From positions 106,764,001 through 106,828,000 of the forward strand of contig OX597819.1 of NCBI GenBank assembly GCA_951406725.2: a DNA stretch of 64,000 nt. Reading direction: 5' to 3'. How positions within the stretch are numbered: position 1 is the stretch's first letter; each line of letters opens with the position of its first letter. Both the position numbers and the translations under genes were made by a program. This document shows positions 52,655-64,000 of this stretch, one piece after another. The notes below the pieces were generated by a model. The model worked only from the letters and a program-made list of their open reading frames with translations. It did not search any database and was not told the origin of the DNA. This stretch comes from Octopus vulgaris. Taxonomy: Eukaryota.

Positions 52655-54770
52655 CTCCTGTGTCACAGAAAAATTTTTTAAATGTAAAAAGTAAGATTAG
52701 GGTTATCTGTGGAAAGAAAAGACCATGCTAATCTCAGGAAGAGAGGGAATAAACACATGAGAGCAAAGTGCTCTCTCTCTCTCTCTCCCTCCCTCTCATT
52801 CTCTCTCTCTCTTTTCGATTTATAGGATCATGCTCAAAGTAATTTCGTCACTCGAACGCACCACCTTTGCTATATTCATCCACCTTTTTTTGAAACTTTC
52901 ACGAGGCAAAACCTGCCTCTCCATTCTCACCTTCCTTTTCAAGTGGTATTTGAAAAAGTTGAAGCGCGATTGGCCAGAGAGGTAAATGTTTGTCTCTAAT
53001 CCTTTCGCTCGAGTCCACCACACACATTCTTTCATCATAGGCACCAGTACGATGAAGACTGCCTTGCTTTCCCGGTTGAAGGAAGGTGGCGGAGCAATTG
53101 TCACGTTAGACTCGGCCGACAGACGGATTCGTCCTACACGTGACAACAGCCGTTCGACATAAGCCCACAGGTTCGAAATGGTTGGACACTGCACAAGTGC
53201 GTGCAGAACGGTTTCGTTTCTCTGACCGCATCTCAGGCAAGTCGGTACGGTGTGTCTTGAACCGTGCCTGTAAAGCTTATCTCGAACGGGTAATGTTTCT
53301 CGATAGCACTGCCAGGTCAGAGATCTTTCGTGATTGTCCATAGGTCCTGGCCCGAAAGTTGTCCTGAACAGGCGGGTCAGGTGTTCCTCGACGACACCCA
53401 GATTCTGCCCGTGAACGTCGTCGTACCGCCCCTCCGCTAATCCTCTATAGACCGCCACTGTTGTAATGAAGTTGCACATTTTGGTCCCTGACGGCAGTGT
53501 TGCTAGAGAGCAACGTGACTCTCGCGGTGCCATTCGCCTAGCCTCTGTCTCTGTTTGATCCACGACTGCAGTGCGGCCAAGGAGACGAGCTGCCGGAAAG
53601 CGCGCCGCCCAAACGGCGACCACACCTGTTCACCGTCGTCTATGAAGCACCGGAGATATCGCAGTCTCAGCGCATGTCTGCGCATCATCAACCACGGCAT
53701 GACTAGCCCTCCATTTAGCGGGTGTTGAGAGCAAATGGATCACCTAACCATCGGAACGCTTCCCTCTCACAAGAAGGGGGAGAGTGTACGTTCCAGTTTG
53801 ATGATGGTTGGATCGGGACAAGGCCCGACGGTCAAACGGTAATCGATGACGGATGCGATGTATGCGTTCGCCACCTACATGCGACCTTTTAGGGATAGCT
53901 TCTTCTCAGTCCATTGCTAGGTGAGAGTGGCCACCCTAGTTGTTATTTCACCCCAGTTCTCCATTTCGATGTCCGGACCGAACCAGACTCCGAGCACTTT
54001 AACCGGTACGTTGGTTCAGCGTCCCACGATGGAGACGCTGTTGGACGGTATACGCTTGCTTCTCCAGGTGCCGAACCGCAACCCACTGACTTTTCCTGGT
54101 TAATTTTTGCTCCCGTTAACGCTCTGGATTCTTTTAGTGTCTCGCCTACCAGGTCAAAGTGCTTGTGGTTCGACACTATGACGGTGACGTCGTCCGCGTG
54201 TGCAGACCCGCTCCACCCGCATCCCAGCTCTCGTGGGATGCCCCTCAGCATCGCCAGCTTCCACAGTAGTGGCTCAAGAGTCAATGCATACTGAAGCGAC
54301 GAGAGTAGGAATCTTTGACGAACCAAAGGCATGATGTGAAATGAGCTGGATAGATGACCATTAAAGCGAACTACCGAGCGGATGCCACTGTATAAGGCAG
54401 CGATCCAACCGCGGAAGTTGGGACCGAAACCAGCCTCTATCGAAAGCTTGTGGTTGATCCAAATTGATTAGCCCTCAACCCATGCCATGTTCCTTAACTT
54501 CCCTGTCTATGTTGTAGCGCATCAGATGGATGTTTCCATGGATACTCCTACCCGGCATGGCACACGTTTGCGACTTGTCGACTAGTTTCTCGATGACAAG
54601 CGCCAACGTCTCGGCTAACACCTTGGCCAACATTTTCAAATATGTGTTGAGCAGAGTGATGGGCCTGAAGTTACCTATGACGTTCCCCTTGTTTGGATCA
54701 TTCTTTAGTAGTACCACCGCACCTCGCTTTACAAAGATGAGGATACTGCCGTCTTGCTGCCAGTTTCAGT
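52655..54770 (-). mobile_element. L1/Tx1-type LINE, 5'-truncated ORF2 (RT and C-terminal CCHC)
   Basis: NFRPITLLNTYLKMLAKVLA, QTCAMPGRSI, HADDVTV, LPVRDKL...CLRCGQRNETVLHALVQC; several frameshifts and stops. Confidence 0.9.
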
Positions 54771-54827
54771 GGATAGATAGATAAATAGGTAGATAGATAG
54801 ATAGACACAATGAGAGATTAACACAGT

Positions 54828-54921
<94 letters not shown>

Positions 54922-55090
54922 CAGACACAATGATAGATAGACACAGCGATAAATAGACACAGAAGACAGGCAGAAACAGACAGTGACAGAAGAGAGACAG
55001 GTAGGCAGACAGACAGACACACTGACTGACACAGATAGACAGACAGACAGACAGACAGACTGAGATAGATAGACAGACAAACAGACAAAT
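54771..55090. repeat. (GATA)n/(GACA)n compound microsatellite
   Basis: Directly visible. Confidence 0.95.
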
Positions 55091-55753
55091 ACTTTTGTTC
55101 TTGTGTCAAGTTATATGTAACACAATTTAATATTAAACTGAAGAATTTGTCAGCGTAGGGTACACCTTTATTATAGGAAAGGTTGAATCTGATTTCAAAT
55201 TTAAGAGTTTTATCCGTCGAAGTTTGCTGCATGTGGGAATTTTGGCTCTATATAATCTGCTAATCATTGTTTTGTGGTAGGAGGAGTTATATGAAATGAT
55301 AATTATGCGTATAATAGGTAGGCCGGGGAAGTCGTAGAAATGTAAAGGGGATAGAAGAGAAAAGGAGGACAATATAAGATGTATATATAGGGTGTGCATA
55401 TAAGGTCTTCTAGTGAGAAGATACTATGTGGTTTGATGTGGGAATATTGTTAGTTTAATTTTCAGGCACACGGATGTATCTGTGTAAATAGGCGAGTCAA
55501 ATTTAGTTAAAGGTACACTTTATTTAGAATTTTGGGTCTTGATGTATTTTAGGGTTCACACTGGAATATTAGCAGCCGAAGTATCTGGTCATACAGTATA
55601 TGTAACATTGGAGTTCTTTTGGGGTGTGTGCTTGATTTCTATTCGATTTCTATTGAGAAATTAGAAAGTGGGTACTTGGGAAACACTAGGATTGAACCCG
55701 CTCTTTCATAATACATATTATTTCGGTTTTCTAGCTAGTTTCTACTTCATATG

Positions 55754-55824
<71 letters not shown>

Positions 55825-56354
55825 CAACAATTGAGGGTAAAATTAATTAATTAATCAATTTTACCAAGTATTCAGTATACAAAGGGACCATTTAAGGCGA
55901 ATTCAAATTATTACATTATATAAAAGGGCTTAGTAAAATAAATTACTTTGCCGCATACTGAACTCATTAGAAATAGCAGCTAAGAAAAAACTTCTTCAAA
56001 AACTATTTCCAATACTTAAAGAAAACCTCTCTCATATAGTGTTTGCTCAATTCAACTCACAAAAGTATGGGGGTAGAGACATTAAAAAATCAAATGCAAA
56101 GGTTATTTGAGAACGTACGTTTCAAGATTAGTCAAAATCGACACTTCTATCATCAGCTCAGAACTCCCTGGTTTGGATTTGAAAACACTGAAAGTGGGAG
56201 CATACCCTTTCGGCTTGTTATCACTTCTGAAGATCTGCTCAAAACTAACAGTGCCAGCAAATTCAAATATGCAAGCGAAGAATTTCTGCTCTCCCCTTTC
56301 CACCAGCGTGGGTTAAAATCAGCAAACACTATGCTTTTTTCGGTAAAATCCGAG

Positions 56355-56530
56355 ATTCAGCGTGAAACAGAGCGTGACAAGGCCGGCGCTTTGAAAGACA
56401 TGTACGACTCATTTTTGCCAGCTGAGTGGACTGGAGCAACGTGAAATAAAGTGTCCTGCTCAAGGACACAATGCGTCGCCGGGAATCGAACTCACGACCT
56501 TACAATCGTGAGCCTAACCACTAAGCCATA
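56355..56530 (-). mobile_element. tRNA-derived SINE, third family
   Basis: Minus strand tggcttagtggttagg (A box), gagttcgattccc (B box), gtgtccttgagcaggacact. Confidence 0.75.
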
Positions 56531-56749
56531 TGTGCGTGTCTGTGTCTGTGTGTGTATCGTACAGAATTCCGCACACGTATTTCTATGATGTTACGTATAA
56601 ATCCAATTGAATGCATGATGATGCATGATCATGATACAGATTTCCCATAGATTTATTTCTACAAAGTGATATACTCAAATTAACAATATATGAATATACT
56701 AATGCATATGCTTATTATTCAATACATGTCCATATGTACATTTATACTA

Positions 56750-56780
<31 letters not shown>

Positions 56781-58329
56781 TAAGTATATGTGTGTTTGTG
56801 TGTCTGTGTGCATCAATATGAATTTGGTGTGATGGATTTGAATGAATATGCAACCATAAGTATGCAGACATACATAATTTCATTCACCCTTGCCTCACTT
56901 GTGCAGTCAAATGCATATGTGCAATATTATAAAGTGAAGCATAAGTGTATTTATACGTATGTATATGTATATGTACATATGTGCCTGTACAGAAAATAAT
57001 ACACAAACATAAATGTATATGTATACATATAAAAATACATACAATTTACACACCTACATGCGTAGACGTATTCCTACATGCACATGTATACTTACATGTA
57101 TACCTACATCTACTACGTATAGATCGTCTGCTGAACATACATACACATGCACATATTAGCATGTATACATGAATATAATTTTACCTCGTCTTTGCACACG
57201 CGCTCATACATAAACTAATATACACCCACACATGTCCAGCGGTTTATGAGACGTTTGTATAAGCGTAAGATTGAATCCAGGAATAGTAGTCGAACTAGTC
57301 TACATTCTTAAAATTCAAATCTGGGTAAGGATAATTCCACAGAAAAACCAAAAATATCTATAAGACATATATAACAGCTGCGTTTGATAATGTAATAAGA
57401 GATTGGCAGATATATTCATGTGACATTATATCTTTCATGAAATATCTTACTTAAATGTCAACAGAAATATATTCGGTAAAGAACGACTAGTCCTTCATAG
57501 ATGATTACATTTCTTTCAAACTTTTACCGACTCGTTGAGGTTATAATGCGTATTAGACAAATGGGAGTACATATTAATGCAATAATACATTTCAACCGAG
57601 AAGACTTTATCATAAGCTCATGAGCAACATACGTTAATATGTTCGCGCTAGAAGAGTTGAAACGCCTAATTTTCTTTTCGGAAGGATATATAGAAAAATG
57701 CAAATTATTTAGTAGCCAACCGATACTGAAGGACATAGGAATGTCAAGAAATACTGGAAGGAGTAGGGGTTTATTCTCGGGGCGGTTGAAGGAGCGATAA
57801 GAAGAAAGGTTGTGAGAGCAAGATGAAAACATGGATGTAATCATGAGGGGAGAGCGTAATGGAGAGCTAAGAACAGTAATGCAAGAAGAAAGCGGAGAAC
57901 AGAAGAACTTAGAAAAAGTGCATAGGCTGTAAATTCGGTAAAATGCATATAAGCATAGAGAAGGGAGATCAAAGAGAATTATTTAAAAGAAGGAAAGAAA
58001 ATAGAGTAAAAGAGGAAAGAGGAACGCAGCTAGATGTACCCTGGTATACGAAGTATTAGAATGACCAATTATCTCTTGATCCTTCGAACCTTTCTCCCCA
58101 GAGCTTAGAATCCCGATACTCTTTCCCATGTTCTTGTGGCTTTTGCAGGTATTGACCTACAAACAGCTTAAATATTTACAAAAACAAACCCTCAAATCCT
58201 CGAGACTCTGAAAATGACATTGGCAATGACCCATCCTCCAGACTATGCACATAAAATGAAAACTAAACAACTGTTAATTGAAGAAATTACCTATTGCGTT
58301 AAATAGTGTATTTGAAGAGGGTAAATTTA

Positions 58330-59700
58330 TAAATATGTTCCATTTAAAATTTCATTATTTATTTATATTTTCAAAATCTCATTGAGAAACAGATGTTTAC
58401 TGGCAGAAGATTTCGGATGGGAGGTGTATTCTTATTCGAATTTAAATGCATCAGCCTTGGAGCCAATATAAATTGGAAGTATTTTTTGTTTGTGCAATAC
58501 ATTGTTATATTCTATTTGAAGCTGCACACTTATTAAGATACAATTGAAATTGACTGTGGTTTGGTTAGTGATGGTTTGATTCAGTTTGGAACGATTGAAT
58601 GAGGGAACAATCTTTGTAGAGATAATTTTAGCCAATAAGTAACTTTATTTGGTATTTTCATTAGATATTTTAAAGTGAGTATGCTGCAACAGAAAGTAAT
58701 TTAAAATCCTTTAGCTTTTACTGTACCCGCCGCTAAATTAAGCGAATATGAATTTGCAACTAACAAGTATTTCTCTCTCTATTTCTATGATTTACATTTG
58801 TTGAGTTCCCGATGTATTTGATTTCTAGAAATGATTTTATTATATGACTCGGGGATAATATGGTTGATGATTGAAAAGTTAGAAAGTACTGAGCAAATAT
58901 TTTCTAAGTAGGTTCTAGTAATATTCTTCGGTTGTTAAATTGCTTATTGATAAAATATTTCGTTCGCACTAAGAGCTAGATTGAAATTAACGTCTAGGAA
59001 GATAGCAGCACTAAGATTATTCTTCAGCTTGTTAGAAAATGCAGTCATATTTAAGAAAAGATTTTTTTTCTTTAGTTTCTCAGTTCGATGGGAATAACAA
59101 TCATAAGAGACTAATGGCCCTGCTTTCGGCAGAAGACCCCCTCCAATGTGAGGAAGCTTAGTATTCAAGTTAGACAATATTCTCTTATATGATTCCTGAG
59201 TTGAATAATCATTCACACCCATACTAAAATCCAAGAAAATACTGGATTGCCGTTTAGCTCGACACGAGGGAGCTTTGCTAAGTATAGTTGTACGTGGGTA
59301 AAATAATATCGACTTCCAAGTCTGTAAAATTGGTAATATATCTCACATAATTCAGGAAATTAAGAAGTATAGGTTTGTTAGATTATTTGATATGATTTGT
59401 GGGTATTTAGTACACTCTCTCCACAATAGATCGATCGACTGAAAACACCTGTGAATGCATCCACATTTTTTCTTGCGAAAGAATAATATATCATGACATT
59501 TTAGTGCAATTTTCTGTTTTAAACCAATATCAGTGTTTGTCATGGAAGTCTTAATAAGATTGTTTAGTCTAATGAGAGGTTAGTGATTCAATTCTATGTT
59601 CCATGAAAACGTCACAATATAACTTGTCATTGGTTTTTGATCTTGTTTAAAGTATTTCCAATAGTTCTTGAAATAATATTTTTTATGATAGAAACGGTTA
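58330..59700 (-). mobile_element. Possible very degraded Penelope-like element
   Basis: Weak motifs in the expected order on the minus strand: FSMG, IFLDVNF, then IYIGS...FK...SSASKHL (GIY-YIG-like). Confidence 0.35.
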
Positions 59701-60183
59701 TTTGTTGTTAGTGGTATTATTTGTACTTGATTTTATGCATATACGGTATGAATGTTCTACAGTGTTTAGTTTTATATGGAGAAAAGGACTATCAATAAAA
59801 GAAATTTCAATTGAGCTCGTAAAAATATCAACAGCAATAAATTTAAATAGGTACCACATCTATGTTTGCAGATATTTTATACCCGTAATTTAGGCTGCAA
59901 ATAATTTTATTTTTTCTAAATTCATAGATAACCGTCCAAAGATAGTTGCACATAGCGATACGTTTCCAATGAACATATCACTAAAAATATTAATGAGTTA
60001 ATACAAAATCCACATACGTATACTTTCAGAAAATTCGAAATATATTCCGACATAAATATATCGATAAACCTATCGTGATAAATTTATGGACAGAAATATT
60101 TATAATATGGAAATGTTTTGAGAGGTTCAGTCAGTGTGCGTCGAAACACACACACAAACACACACACACACATACACACACAG

Positions 60184-60232
<49 letters not shown>

Positions 60233-60303
60233 GCATGCATGTAATTATGTATTCATGTACGACCTATTCAGTACACACTCACACACACACGTACGCACGC
60301 AAG

Positions 60304-60372
<69 letters not shown>

Positions 60373-60409
60373 CCTTAATTTGTGAATTAAGGCGACCATT
60401 GGTTTCATA

Positions 60410-60825
60410 TTAAAAACAGTAGGAAAATATCCTAGTATCTTAATAAGTTTTAAAGTAAATTTGCATAAATAAAGCAATGAGTCAATAAATCGAGGAACGT
60501 TTCTCTTGCGTGGCGTTTTGGCTAGTTTAAGAAAATAGAAGATAAACTCAAATGCAAATTTATACAATTGGATATCGTAGACTTCTACCTTGCTGTCTCC
60601 AAAAGCTTGCTTCAGAAAGTACATGAATTTAGCAAAACATATGTCACTATAACAAATACTGATATACACCTATTATGAATGCAAGAAAGTCATTACTGTT
60701 TCACAACAATTCCTACTGAGAAAAAAAAAGAAGAAGAATGGAGACGAGTTATTTGACGTGGCAGTGGGGAACTATGACGGTGCAAAGATAGCTGGCCTTG
60801 TAGGCCTTTATATACTTGTCGCTTG
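60410..60825 (+). mobile_element. Penelope-like RT fragment of a divergent family
   Basis: FIQLDIVDFYLAVS, IMNARKSLLFHN, LFDVAVGNYDGAKIAGLVGLYIL. Confidence 0.7.
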
Positions 60826-61039
60826 TTTTTCCTTGTTTTTGAACACTATGCAAATATTCTTTTAAAAAACTTTTCTTTTAATTTTTCCAAAATTTAATTG
60901 TTTTCCATACTTAGGGTTGAAAAAGTCTCAGTGACTGAAACCGGTACTGAAATGTTTTTTATAAAATTATTTCAGCATTGTCTATCTTGACTTTTATTTC
61001 CATATATATACATCAACTCGTGTGTTCCTTTTAAACCTT

Positions 61040-61086
<47 letters not shown>

Positions 61087-61119
61087 ATATCGAAGGGAAA
61101 TGGAAATTAATAGAAATTT

Positions 61120-61159
<40 letters not shown>

Positions 61160-61172
<13 letters not shown>

Positions 61173-61530
61173 AATGTGTGTCTGTCTGTCTGTGTGTTTC
61201 TCTAAAACTTGATAACTACGCAACCAATTTCATTCAAATTTAACACATGAGTTACTTAGGGTCCGGGGGGTGTCATGGGCAAAAATGTTTAACTTTTTGC
61301 CTAGGGTGAGCCCACAGTAATATATCTTCTCCACTCTGATTCCCTAAAACTTGAGAACTACAGAACCAGTTTCATTCAAATTTTACACATGCCTTACTTA
61401 GGGTCCATGTAGTATCATGGGCTAAAAAATGTTTAACTTCTTGCCTAGAGGGAGCCCACAGCAGTATCATATCTTCTCCACTATTTCAGTATTACGTGTT
61501 AAAAGTGAAACAAAACATTTCTCTATTGTA
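61160..61530 (+). mobile_element. Helitron/DINE-like non-autonomous fragment with a ~142-bp internal tandem duplication
   Basis: tataaa...(gtct)n...aactacgcaaccaatttcattcaaattt architecture; repeat units start at 61202 and 61344. Confidence 0.5.
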
Positions 61531-62196
61531 TGTATATGGATATATATATATATATTACAAAGTATAAAGTTATATCTTGAGATCGTTAGTGACAACAACG
61601 CTCAAAATATATAACAGACTGGAACAGTAGTGCTCAAATGATCTGTATACACTTTTTAATCCGAGGGGAGGCAATGCGAGCAGCAACTACAAAAGCACTA
61701 CAAAATCCACAGAAAGATCACATACATATATTCATATATTCATTTATATCTACAGAACAGATATAAAGCCCGACGTTTAGAAATATATAGTAATATATAA
61801 ATATATAAACATCATATAAAAATATATTGTACGCATAAGATCCTCTCGACGTTCCATAAGAAATTTAGAAATAAAAATTGCAATACAAGTTAGAGGTAAT
61901 AATAACAATTGAATTAAATATAGTAAATATAGTAAGTAGTAATTAAATATATCAAAATGATAATTAAATTGTTATATAACAATTAAAAGATAAAATAGCA
62001 ATTAGTATAAAATGTATCAAGGACTTGAACTCGAATATGTGGCTTTGCATGAATGGGAGAAATTAAAAGATGAATACTCTAATTGAGTGCAGAAGTGAAA
62101 AAGAATAGGATTGTAAGATAGAAATTTAAATGTAATAAAATGTTTTAAAAGAAATTTAAAGTGCCGACGTTTTAACAATAAACCTTTTTTCGATCT

Positions 62197-63044
<848 letters not shown>

Positions 63045-63087
63045 TATATATATTACAACTCACCACGAAGACCCGCCCTTTCTGTTA

Positions 63088-63120
<33 letters not shown>

Positions 63121-63125
<5 letters not shown>

Positions 63126-63580
63126 CACAAGCCCGAATTCACTCTTCAACACAGAAGCCGACAGTAAAAAAATGTGGAAGACCCAATTGCGGGATATGCG
63201 ACTATCTAATTGAGGGATCAGAGTTCTCCGTCAAACAGGGACAACGGTTTACAGTGAAAAGCAACTTCACATGTGCTTCGGAGAACCTAATATACTCACT
63301 AACCTGCTCCGGGTGTCAAGAGCAGTACGTAGGCCAAACAAAAAGTAGTTTGCGTAAAAGAATGGCCCTGCACAGATCCCAGATACAATTCCCCAAAACA
63401 GAAAAATAGCTTTCAGCCAACACATAGACACTTGCGCCAACAACAAAACACCAGGCTTCAGGATTTTCCCCCTCTACCAATTTAGGGACGATACAACCTC
63501 GAGACAACGAATAAGTAAAGAAACTCTCTTTATTACAAAATACAGGCCACTTTTTAACGGGTCTACGACAAACGATTGAT
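63121..63580 (+). mobile_element. Penelope-like GIY-YIG endonuclease fragment (5'-truncated at a TA repeat)
   Basis: CGRPNCGIC...FTCASENLIYSLTCSGCQEQYVGQTKSSLRKRMALH; after a frameshift, HIDTC...KETLFITKYRP. Confidence 0.9.
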
Positions 63581-64000
63581 ATACCTCAACTTTAGAATAA
63601 AAGAAATACACACACAAATATTACATTCCAAAGAATCCATTACTAATCAGCCCCAATCACAGCTATAATCCATAACATGCCAATTTCAAGTCATACAACA
63701 CCTCACTACTTTCACCCATTCGTATTCTCCCTTCTCTGTTTTCTTCTTCTTCATCATCATCATTATCATCATCATCGTCATCATCATCACCACCATCATC
63801 ATCTTCTTCTTCTCCTTCTCCTTCTTCTTCTTCTTCATCATCATCATCATCAACATCGTCATCTTCTTCTTCTTCTGCTCCACCTTCTACCTCTTAACTT
63901 TATCACTAATGTTTTTTAGTAAAACACCTACGCAAATTCCATAAACAAATCTCTCAATAGAAATATTCTCCTGAATTGAACTGCAACTGCTAGCCGTCAC

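Overview
AT-rich, repeat-saturated eukaryotic DNA. The SINE families and the extreme microsatellite density suggest an octopus (coleoid cephalopod) genome; this is inference. No intact host protein-coding gene can be supported, and most ORFs in the track are microsatellite artefacts. The window is a mosaic of mobile-element remnants: R4/Dong-type RLE retrotransposon 3' ends in (TAA)n arrays, RTE, CR1-like and L1/Tx1 LINE fragments, several Penelope-like element (PLE) fragments with hammerhead-ribozyme-like motifs, one full-length and three partial mariner transposons, hAT-like and Merlin-like MITEs, a Helitron/DINE-like piece, many tRNA-derived SINEs and a split palindromic satellite. The most notable observations are (1) a ~2.05-kb ORF1-only (HAL1-like) non-LTR element inserted in a SINE, with promoter-like 5' motifs and a hairpin array in its 3' UTR; (2) a perfect 51-bp inverted copy of nearby DNA at a retrotransposon 5' junction; and (3) several long inverted repeats, one with a hammerhead-like motif in each arm. 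Boundaries of degraded elements are approximate and were read by eye.
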